Assembly (NCBI GenBank): GCA_030754595.1
Contig: JASLZZ010000041.1
Coordinates: 1 to 62,347 of the forward strand
DNA from: Nitrospinota bacterium
GTDB taxonomy: Bacteria; UBA8248
Length of the DNA: 62,347 nt
Direction of reading: 5' to 3'
Shown: positions 1 to 7,682 of the stretch, piece by piece
How positions within the stretch are numbered: the stretch's first letter is position 1
How the letters are laid out: the number at the start of each line of letters is the position of its first letter
Notes under the pieces: model-generated
The model's database searches: none
What the model saw: the letters and a program-made list of their open reading frames with translations, nothing else
What the model was told of the DNA's origin: nothing
Program-made: the position numbers and the translations under genes

Positions 1-51
1 TTGCTCATGCAGCATATACGTAAACATATTGCATAGCACTCAAAACCGCTC

Positions 52-64
52 TAACTTATTGATA
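52..64. promoter_or_regulatory. IHF-like binding site in AT-rich left-end intergenic region
   Basis: TAACTTATTGATA matches the reverse complement of the IHF consensus WATCAANNNNTTR. Confidence 0.35.
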
Positions 65-458
65 TTACACAAACATGCTATCTAACATTGGTTCATTTTT
101 CTATGAATTCATTCTACACTACACATTCAAGCTAAAAGCCAATTCAATATATTACAGGCGTATTTTCGGCCCTTTCACCGAAATAACCCGGTATCCCAGC
201 CGGAAGGGAATAATCCGCCCCCCCCATCGTTTTTCAACGCATGGCCCTGTGCCTTCTTTTTGAGCGGCATTTTGCGGAATCCCTTCGGCGGGCGCCGCGC
301 GAAAAGGCCCTCGGCCCGCCCTTGACAGGGGCTGCCCCCCGGCAGGGTCTGCCCCTGGCAGGGGCTTGAGACCGATCGCCCATAACCGCGAGCCCGTTCG
401 TTGCGGGCTCGTCCGGCGCCACCGCCATTTTTATCCGATTTCTGGAGGATGCACCCCG

Positions 459-731
459 ATGAAGACTCTCAAAGCGATGTTCCTGGGCCTTGCGGTCGCC
501 TCGTTGCTCCTGGCCAGCGGTACGATGGCCGAAGCGAAGGGCCACAAAAACCCCTGTAACCCCTGCGCGGCCAAAAATACGTGTAACCCCTGTGCGGCGA
601 AAAATCCCTGTGCGGCCAAGAACCCTTGTGCGGCAAAGAACCCCTGCGCCGCCAAGAACCCGTGCAACCCCTGCGCCGCGAAAAACCCCTGCAAGGTCAG
701 TAACCCTTGCAACCCATGCGCGAAAAAATAA
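459..731 (+). CDS. Secreted Cys-rich low-complexity protein with NPC/NPCAAK repeats
   Basis: GGAGG RBS at 444-448, ATG at 459; Sec-type signal [26 protein letters not shown]; mature part of about 64 aa has 12 Cys in NPC/NTC units with synonymous codon variation between repeats. Confidence 0.85.
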   Translation: MKTLKAMFLGLAVASLLLASGTMAEAKGHKNPCNPCAAKNTCNPCAAKNPCAAKNPCAAKNPCAAKNPCNPCAAKNPCKVSNPCNPCAKK

Positions 732-769
732 CCGCCCCGAACCAGCGCTAGATTCGGCCCGGGGGGCGG

Positions 770-1144
770 GTGGTTCTTCTCTCGTTTTTCGCCACCTGGT
801 GTCCGCTCTGCAACGAGGAGATGCCTAAACTCGTCCGGGTCCACGAAAAATACAAGGCCCGGGGGCTCACAGTCCTCGCGGTCTCCGTCGACCGGTCACC
901 GGCCTCGTTCGTCAAGCTTTGGGCCGAAAAAAAGAAGCTGAACTACCCCGTCCTTCACGATCAAAAATTCCAGTCGAGGCTCAGGTACAACGTGCGAAAC
1001 GTGCCGACCATCTACGTCCTCGACCGCAATCTTCAGCTGGCAGCATGGTCGGTGGGCCGGGTGAACTGGGAGGGGAAAAAGGCGGCCCGGTTGATCGAAA
1101 ATCTCCTCGCCAGGCCCGCGGCGGAGGGCGATTCCGCAAAATGA
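770..1144 (+). CDS. TlpA/ResA-like thioredoxin-fold disulfide reductase, N-terminally truncated or frameshifted
   Basis: VLLSFFATWCPLCNEEMP (WCxxC), VLAVSVD, YNVRNVPTIYVLDR; removing one G from the G-run at 761-766 extends it to LDSARGRVVLL. Confidence 0.8.
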   Translation: MVLLSFFATWCPLCNEEMPKLVRVHEKYKARGLTVLAVSVDRSPASFVKLWAEKKKLNYPVLHDQKFQSRLRYNVRNVPTIYVLDRNLQLAAWSVGRVNWEGKKAARLIENLLARPAAEGDSAK

Positions 1145-1175
1145 AGCGCCGCCCGCCCGCGCTGATTGGCCGTCT

Positions 1176-1569
1176 TTAGTCCGGGCCGGACGAACCCGCG
1201 CCGGGCCAGGGCAGGTGCAGTTGCAAACTCACCTCGATTCCCTTGAACTCCCCGTCGAAAATCTCCTCGCGGAAAATCGCCTGCGATAAAAAACCCTCGA
1301 CGGCGGGCTCCCTCCACCCATTCAAAGGGGTGCTCCCGGTAGCGGAGCGGGATGAGGCCGGGCAGGCGGATTTCGGCGTTGACCCGCGAGCCGCCGCCCT
1401 CGAGCGGGACGGTCCGGTAGGTGACCGAGGGCAGACCCGCGAGGCGGTTCACCCGGTCGGTGTCCGAGACGCAGGGCCAGAGCCGCTCGGGAGACACCCC
1501 GAGGCGCCATTCCCAGACAAAGGTGTGAACCGCATCCGCTTGTGCGGTATCGTTCCCATCAATGAGCAA
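1176..1569 (-). pseudogene. Internally deleted SRPBCC-type/adenylate-guanylate cyclase gene remnant
   Basis: N-terminus WEWRLGVSPERLWPCVSDTDRVNRLAGLP...EHPFEW resembles START-like N-domains of cyclase fusions; it joins out of frame near 1310 to a cyclase-like tail EEIFDGEFKGIEVSLQLH...stop at 1176. Confidence 0.55.
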
Positions 1570-1682
1570 GAGGAAACCTCAGGGGGATATTCAACTGCCC
1601 CCGGGCGGCGGCTTGTTTAACGAAAGCGTATAGTCAAGGAGAATTGTAGGCAGGCGGCCGGGTCGCAATAAGAAAAATTAAC

Positions 1683-1713
1683 GAACAAGAAGAATTGATG
1701 AACAAGAAGAATT
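1683..1713 (+). repeat. 14-bp direct repeat GAACAAGAAGAATT x2
   Basis: Copies at 1683-1696 and 1700-1713, just upstream of the thiE RBS. Confidence 0.8.
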
Positions 1714-1726
1714 AATTGGAGGAATC

Positions 1727-2380
1727 ATGTCCCTCGACTCCACTCGAATCACCCTCATCGTCATCACCGACAGACAGATACTCGCCCGCGGGTCGAACAT
1801 GCCGATGGCGGACGCGGTGCGCGCGGCGGCGTCCGGCGGCGCGACCTTGATCCAGCTCCGCGAGAAAGCGATGGAGGGCTCCGCTCTGCTGCGCCAGGCG
1901 GATGAGCTCAGCGCCGCGCTCGAGGGATCGGGGTGCGCCTTCACCGTGAACGACCGCCTCGATATCGCGATGGCCAGCGGGGCCGAGGGGGTGCACCTCG
2001 GTCAGGAGGATATGCCCCTCTCGCGGGCGAAGCGGCTGGCCGGGGAGCGGCTGGCCTACGGCGTCACCGCCGGGAAAATCGAATGGGCCCGGGGGGCCGC
2101 GGCGGACGGGGCGGACTATATTGGAGTGGGGCCCATCTATCCGACCGGGAGCAAGGAGAACGCGCGGGCGCCCATCGGCCCGGATGGAATGGCCGAGGTG
2201 CTCGCGCATGCGGGCGGGCTGCCCGCCGTGGCGATCGGCGGAGTGAACGCGGAGAATCTCGGGCCGGTCATCGCCGCCGGCGCGGGCGGGGTGGCGGTCA
2301 TCGGCGCGGTGATGGGAGCCCCCGACCCCGAGACGGCGGCACGGGAGATCAGGCGGCGAATCGAGGAGGCGAGAGGGTGA
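1727..2380 (+). CDS. thiE: Thiamine-phosphate synthase
   Basis: IQLREK, VNDRLDIA, GVHLGQED, GPIYPTGSK, VAIGGVN motifs; GGAGG RBS. Confidence 0.95.
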   Translation: MSLDSTRITLIVITDRQILARGSNMPMADAVRAAASGGATLIQLREKAMEGSALLRQADELSAALEGSGCAFTVNDRLDIAMASGAEGVHLGQEDMPLSRAKRLAGERLAYGVTAGKIEWARGAAADGADYIGVGPIYPTGSKENARAPIGPDGMAEVLAHAGGLPAVAIGGVNAENLGPVIAAGAGGVAVIGAVMGAPDPETAAREIRRRIEEARG

Positions 2381-3426
2381 GCGGGGACGCAAAGGATACG
2401 GCGGGGGGCTACGGCGAGTTCGCCCTGATCGATCGGTTGCGCACGATACTGACCTCCTCCGCCAAGGGCCCGAACGTCATTGTGGGGATCGGAGACGACG
2501 CCGCCGTGATCGACGCGGGCGGGGGGAAGTGTTGGGTGATCTCCTGCGATGTACAGGTGCAGGGGACGCATTTCCCGGCCGAGGGGGCGTCGGGTTTCAG
2601 CGTCGGCCACAAGGGGCTCGCCGTGAATATCTCGGATGTCGCCTCGATGGGCGCCCGCCCGCTCTATGCGCTGATATCGCTGGGGGTGTCCGACGCGACC
2701 CCGCTCGCGTTTCTCGACGAAGTGTACGAGGGAATCAACGCCAAGGCGGCCCGGTGGGGCATCGCGGTGGTGGGCGGGAACGTGACCCGGACGGAGGGGC
2801 CGTTTTTCATCGACGTATTCATCGCCGGGGAGGTGGAGCGCGAAAACCTCCTCCTCAGGAGCGGGGCCCAGGTGGGCGACCAGATTCTCGTCACCGGGAA
2901 TTTAGGGAACTCCGCCGCAGGTCTTTACCTTCTCACCCATCCGGAGGTGAAGATCGGTTTTGAGACGAACACCGTGCTGACGCATGCCCATCTCCGGCCC
3001 CAGCCCCGGGTGGTGGAGGCGCATGCCATCTCCGCGCTTCGCCTGGCGACCGCCATGATGGACATCAGCGACGCCCTGACCGGGGATATCAACCATATAT
3101 GCGAGGCGAGCGGGGTCGGGGCCGTGGTTTGGGAACATGGACTTCCCATCTCGACCCCGGCCTTGGACCTGGCCTCCATCGTGCAAATCGATCCGAAAGA
3201 GTGGGCGCTCTACGGTGGGGAGGATTATCAGCTTCTCCTGACGGCGCCGCTCTCGGCGGTCCCGGCCCTTCAGGAGGCGGTCCGCTCGGTCGGCGGGGGG
3301 ACCTTGTCCCCGGTTGGCGAGATTTTGCCGGCCTCGGAGGGTCTTTTGCTCCAGACCCGCTCAGGCCGGGTACCCCTCGAGGTGAAGTCCTGGGACCATT
3401 TCCGGGATTCTGAGGCGGAGTCGTAG
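2377..3426 (+). CDS. thiL: Thiamine-monophosphate kinase
   Basis: GTG overlaps the thiE stop; GEFALI, GIGDDAAV, NISDVASMGA, MMDISD, GGEDYQLL, WDHF. Confidence 0.95.
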   Translation: MSGDAKDTAGGYGEFALIDRLRTILTSSAKGPNVIVGIGDDAAVIDAGGGKCWVISCDVQVQGTHFPAEGASGFSVGHKGLAVNISDVASMGARPLYALISLGVSDATPLAFLDEVYEGINAKAARWGIAVVGGNVTRTEGPFFIDVFIAGEVERENLLLRSGAQVGDQILVTGNLGNSAAGLYLLTHPEVKIGFETNTVLTHAHLRPQPRVVEAHAISALRLATAMMDISDALTGDINHICEASGVGAVVWEHGLPISTPALDLASIVQIDPKEWALYGGEDYQLLLTAPLSAVPALQEAVRSVGGGTLSPVGEILPASEGLLLQTRSGRVPLEVKSWDHFRDSEAES

Positions 3427-3682
3427 TCTGGTATTTCAGTAACTGGATTTTAAGAGATAAAATTCTCATAATATTCTTGACGATTCACGAAGAAAGAGAC
3501 TATACTAGCTCCGGGGTCTACGGACTCCTATCTTCCGCACCACGGCCCCCGTTGGATGTCTCCTCCGGCGGGGGCCATTATTTTGGCTCCACCACTGTTT
3601 TGCCCCCGAAAATCCCCCTAATGCCCGAAAATTTCCTTGAAATTGGGCGCCAGGCCCCACTACGGTGAGTAATTGTCAATTA

Positions 3683-3695
3683 TAACTAATTGATA
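3683..3695. promoter_or_regulatory. IHF-like site
   Basis: TAACTAATTGATA matches the reverse-complement IHF consensus, in an AT-rich region. Confidence 0.35.
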
Positions 3696-3748
3696 TTTAG
3701 TGGATTAAAAAATAAAGGCCCTGAAATCAAAAAAAATTCATTTTTTCC

Positions 3749-3775
3749 TAAAGTTCAACCCGAAATTGACGTTAA
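3749..3775 (+). promoter_or_regulatory. Sigma-28 (FliA)-type promoter
   Basis: TAAA(GTT)-N15-GACGTTAA versus consensus TAAA-N15-GCCGATAA (6/8 at -10), preceded by A/T tracts. Confidence 0.6.
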
Positions 3776-3822
3776 AAGATATGTATCCATGTTGCTCCAC
3801 TTAGAATGGGGGAAAGCGGAGC

Positions 3823-4203
3823 ATGGCTGAAGCGATTCGATTTAACGAAGCGGCGTTTTTTCAGGCCAGACGGATGGCTGCCAGGGGCGCGGTTTCATTG
3901 TCGCTGGTCCGGGACCTGGGATCGGGGCTCGAAAATGCCTCCGAGGTGCTTTTGGCCAACGTGTCGAGCCAGACGGCGGCCGAGGCGTTTTTGGCCAGCG
4001 ATGCCATCAAAAGCCGCCTTGAGGCCGAGGGCGGGTTAAATCTGGCCGCCAGGCTGAGTTCCCAGCAGCTTGACCAGAATGTGGCCGCTAATCTGGCCTC
4101 CGATAGTAGAGGGCTCTCGCTGAGCGATCAGGCGAGTCTCGTGGCTGTGGGGCTGAAGAGTCTGGGCGGCGCGAGAGGCGCGTCTCTGAACTTTCTGGCG
4201 TAG
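3823..4203 (+). CDS. Hypothetical Ala/Ser/Leu-rich protein, C-terminus RGASLNFLA
   Basis: ORF with GGAG RBS downstream of the sigma-28-like promoter. Confidence 0.7.
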   Translation: MAEAIRFNEAAFFQARRMAARGAVSLSLVRDLGSGLENASEVLLANVSSQTAAEAFLASDAIKSRLEAEGGLNLAARLSSQQLDQNVAANLASDSRGLSLSDQASLVAVGLKSLGGARGASLNFLA

Positions 4204-4443
4204 GAGGACAAATCCGGGGAACCGAATTCGGGGATAGGGCTTTCGGACTCCGTTTCTCGTTTGTTTTTTGATTTTATTTTTTTTCGGTGTTTTGAGCGGC
4301 GAGTACTTATACCCACCCAAGGGTCTTATCGACCGCCGCGGGAGGAACTTTAGGGGGATTTGAAGAAAAAAGAAGTGGTTGCATAACTTTCAGTAGGAAA
4401 GTAAATTTTATTCACAACTCTAACTCTATGACTGGAAGAGACC

Positions 4444-5259
4444 ATGGTTGAACGAGTCACTAACACCCCACAGGTGGGCGGGCAAAATCTGGATGAGCTC
4501 GTCACCAGCCGGCAATCGAAACAGGACCTGATAAAATCGGTGAGCGGGCCTCCCGCCACCTCGGTCGCTCGGACCACGCCCTCGCCGGACGTTCCGAGTG
4601 CTCCGGAAGAATCCGCGCCCGATCCGGTCCAGACGCCCAGTCCCGCCGAACAGACGAACGAGCTGATCAGCCGGGCCTGGCAGCGCCGCCAGCAGCTTGA
4701 GGCCGCCAGCCCAAACGTCCGGAAGGCGGCCTAGGGCCCTGACACCTCAGCGCAGGTGCGTCAGTTGGTGGGACAAGCGCTGGAGAATTTCAGCACCGGC
4801 GGAAACCTCCCGGCTCCGGCGACGGAGAGCTCCGCCCAGCAGGCGAGGGTCGTCGCTGTTCCGGACGCCCCGGAACGGGCCCCGGCGGGGCCCGAGATTT
4901 CTCCCGCCGCCGAAGCGCCCGAGGCGACTGGCGGTGGAGTCTCCATCGAGGTGGGAGCCGGTGTCGAGGTTGATGTTCCGTCCGACCTGGAAAGACCCGG
5001 GGCGCCCGCGGGTAACCAAATCGAGACCGAGCGCCAGGTGCAGACGACGCAGACGCCGCAGGCGACCGGGGAAGCCGTCCCCGAGCCGGTTGCCCAGGTG
5101 GGCGGCGCTGCGCCGGTGGGCGGAGTCGTCGAAACGGGTGCGGAAGCGCCGGTGGAGGCGGTTCCCGACACGCCCGAGCCCGCCGGCGGTGGAGGAGGCG
5201 ACGAGGGGACTACCGATACTTCAGGCTCGCGGGGAGAGGTCGTCAACGTCGTCGCTTAA
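4444..5259 (+). pseudogene. Low-complexity Pro/Ala/Glu-rich protein interrupted by an in-frame TAG at 4732-4734; C-terminus RGEVVNVVA
   Basis: ORFs 4444-4734 and 4756-5259 are in the same frame, separated by a single TAG, with continuous composition. Confidence 0.6.
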
Positions 5260-5298
5260 AATTTTGAGTGAGCTTTAATTACGGTGTGAGGAAAATCA

Positions 5299-5565
5299 GT
5301 GACTTCGATCGGGGCATCGGTAAATTCTCAGGCGCTCGCCGCGACCGCCTCCTCTAACGGGACGCCGTTCCCGAAAGGGCCCTCGGGTGCCGAAACGTCC
5401 GGCGCCTTTCCTGTGGCGGCGAAAGTAATCGCCTCGAATTTAAACCGAAGCGACTCGATTCCGACCAAACCTCCAAAGCTGGCCCGGAGCCTCGAACAAC
5501 AAAGCCTTGAAATGAATTTCATGCGGGATGGCGGGCGCGGGGCCAACGTGAGCGTCATTACCTGA
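5299..5565 (+). CDS. Hypothetical protein, C-terminus RGANVSVIT
   Basis: GAGG RBS before GTG; followed by a terminator; shares its C-terminal motif with the two upstream ORFs. Confidence 0.65.
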   Translation: MTSIGASVNSQALAATASSNGTPFPKGPSGAETSGAFPVAAKVIASNLNRSDSIPTKPPKLARSLEQQSLEMNFMRDGGRGANVSVIT

Positions 5566-5588
5566 CGCCTCTCCCGCGCAACCGGGAA

Positions 5589-5618
5589 CCCTTCCGCTCG
5601 TCCGGGAGGGATTTTTTT
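5589..5618 (+). terminator. Rho-independent terminator
   Basis: CCCTTCCG-loop-CGGGAGGG followed by T7. Confidence 0.7.
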
Positions 5619-5663
5619 GTCCGGCCCTTCGGGGCTACCGGCCTTGGGGTGTTGGAGGTGTGT

Positions 5664-6854
5664 CTATTTTTCGGTATTGCCGGGCGAGTCCGGCCGGCGG
5701 GCGGCGGCCGCCCGCTCGATGATTCCGGCCAGCATCGCCGCGCGCGGCGCCAACGAGGGAATCTCGACGTATTCCTCCACCGTATGGAGGCCTCCGCCCA
5801 CGGGACCCAAGCCGTCCAGGACGGGGACGCGCATGGGCGCGAGGTAGTTGCCGTCCGAGCCCCCGCCGGTCGCCGCGTGGGAGAAAGGAACGCCCGCCTC
5901 CCGGGCGGTTTCCCGGGCGGCGTCGAGGAGGAGTTCCGTGTCCGCCGCCGGCTCCATGGCCGGCCGCCCCCCCGACTCCTCGAAGGAGAGCCGGATTTCC
6001 TTCACTTCGGGAGTTCGGATAATCTCGGCCAGTTCCCTTCGCATGGAATCCAGCGTTTCCTGTTTTTCAGCCCGTAACTCCACCGTGCAGCCGGCCTCGT
6101 TGGCCACGATGTGAGGCCGCTCTCCGCCCCGAAGGCCGGTGACGTTGATCGTCCCGCCCGGACGCGCCAGTCCGTAGATGCGGACGATCTGCCGGGCGGC
6201 CTCCTCGACGGCGCTCCGGCCCCGCTCGGGGTCGACCCCGGCGTGCGCGGCGACCCCTTCGATGGAGAGCGATCCGATAGCGCTGCCCTTCCTCGAGCTG
6301 ACGAAGGAACCGTCCTCCCGCGCGGGCTCGAGTATCAGCGCTGCCGCCGCGAGCTCGCCCATCTCCTCGATCAGAGTGCGCGAGGAGGGGTTCCCCCGCT
6401 CCTCGTCCGTGTCGTAGAGGATGACGATAGTCCCAAAGTCGTCGAATCCCTCGGCGAGCAGGGCCTCCAACGCATAGACGCATGTCACCAGCCCGCTTTT
6501 CATGTCGATGACGCCGGGGCCGCGGGCGCGGTCTCCCTCAAGGGTGAAGGGCCGCTTCGCCGCCTCGCCCTTGGGAAATACGGTGTCGCAGTGTCCGATC
6601 AGAAATAGCTTGGGCCCTTCGGTGCGCTTTCCCCTGAAGCGAACCGTCAGATGGTCCCCTGTGCCGTGTGTGCCGGGGATGCGGTCCACCTCGCCGCCGA
6701 CGCCCCGGTAGCGCTCCTCGAAGAAGCCGGCGACCCGGGTGGCCCCCTCTCCGGGGAAGGTGGGTGAGTCGATGGAGACGACCCGCCGGAGATCCTCGAT
6801 CATGTCGCCGAGGCGCGGCTCGATCCGTTCGCGAAGTTTCCTTACCCCGATCAT
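5664..6854 (-). CDS. M20 family metallopeptidase (carboxypeptidase G2-like)
   Basis: GHCDTVF, GPGVIDMKSG, DEERG, LEP, AHAG, GGGSDGN, HTVEE; ATG at 6854 with GGAGG RBS. Confidence 0.9.
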   Translation of the reverse strand: MIGVRKLRERIEPRLGDMIEDLRRVVSIDSPTFPGEGATRVAGFFEERYRGVGGEVDRIPGTHGTGDHLTVRFRGKRTEGPKLFLIGHCDTVFPKGEAAKRPFTLEGDRARGPGVIDMKSGLVTCVYALEALLAEGFDDFGTIVILYDTDEERGNPSSRTLIEEMGELAAAALILEPAREDGSFVSSRKGSAIGSLSIEGVAAHAGVDPERGRSAVEEAARQIVRIYGLARPGGTINVTGLRGGERPHIVANEAGCTVELRAEKQETLDSMRRELAEIIRTPEVKEIRLSFEESGGRPAMEPAADTELLLDAARETAREAGVPFSHAATGGGSDGNYLAPMRVPVLDGLGPVGGGLHTVEEYVEIPSLAPRAAMLAGIIERAAAARRPDSPGNTEK

Positions 6855-6894
6855 TAGTTTCCTCCGGCGATCGTGCGAAGTTTCCTTGCCCCGA

Positions 6895-7680
6895 TCATTT
6901 TCTATCCCCGACGATGTGGAATCGCCCATCCACCGAGTCGCCCGCCACGCAGAGATCGTAGATGCCGTCCGGCATCTCCGACCAGACTTGCCCGGCGAGC
7001 CGGAGCCGGTCCGGCGATGTGCAATGGCTGAGGTAGAGAATCCGTTTCGACCCGGCTGGAAACCGCCCGGGATAGCTTTCGGGATGCGAGGCGAGGGCCG
7101 CAAGGTGGCGCGGCTCGATGCGCTCTCCCTCCCGAAACCCTCCGATTCGGCACGAAGTCTCAAACCGGAAAACGATGTCCGGCCCGGCGCTCCGGCCGAG
7201 GGCGCTGAGACCCAGGACGAGGAGGGAGTGGGTGACCCCCCTCGGCACGACGGGCTCGGTTTCGGCGGGCGCTTTGATGAGGCGCTTTCGCGCGCCGTCG
7301 GTCTTGACGATGAGGACGTTTCCGCCGTTCATCGCGTGAATTTCCTCGACTTGATTGACCGGAATTCCCAGGAACATGTCTTTGGGCAGCTTTTTTTCCA
7401 CCCAGACCACAGCGCCCCGTGCGGCCCACTTTTGCGCCGCCGTGTCCGCCTTCTCCCGCTCCGCTTCGCTCAGCAGGAGAGAGGGGCCGCTCCAGTCCTG
7501 GAGCGACTGGAGGTTGGTCGTTCCCGTGACCAGCACGGGCACCCCCGCCTCGACGAATTCGACGACGAGGCGTTTCGTGACGGTCGCCTTGCCGCCCGCG
7601 CCCATGACGGCGGCCATGTCGCCGGGGGTGAGACGGAGAATATTCGATAGCGATGGAAGAGCGCCGGAAGCGGTATTCAT
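6895..7680 (-). CDS. yqeC: Selenium-dependent hydroxylase accessory protein YqeC-like
   Basis: VMGAGGKAT, VLVTGTT, VKTDGARKRLIKAPAETEPVVP, VLGLSALG. Confidence 0.8.
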   Translation of the reverse strand: MNTASGALPSLSNILRLTPGDMAAVMGAGGKATVTKRLVVEFVEAGVPVLVTGTTNLQSLQDWSGPSLLLSEAEREKADTAAQKWAARGAVVWVEKKLPKDMFLGIPVNQVEEIHAMNGGNVLIVKTDGARKRLIKAPAETEPVVPRGVTHSLLVLGLSALGRSAGPDIVFRFETSCRIGGFREGERIEPRHLAALASHPESYPGRFPAGSKRILYLSHCTSPDRLRLAGQVWSEMPDGIYDLCVAGDSVDGRFHIVGDRK

Positions 7681-7682
7681 CG

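Noticed and set aside
75..263. 62-aa ORF in the AT-rich left end
   Set aside because: No RBS and atypical composition; looks like promoter or intergenic DNA
548..720. 18-bp-period nucleotide repeats resembling a CRISPR array or VNTR
   Set aside because: No spacers; variation falls at third codon positions of the NPCAAK coding repeat; no cas genes
1933..3426. Apparent 497-aa N-terminally extended ThiL
   Set aside because: The extension is an off-frame read of thiE; the real start is GTG 2377. Similar false extensions were trimmed for M20, YqeC, YjbQ, the ThDP enzyme and TAXI
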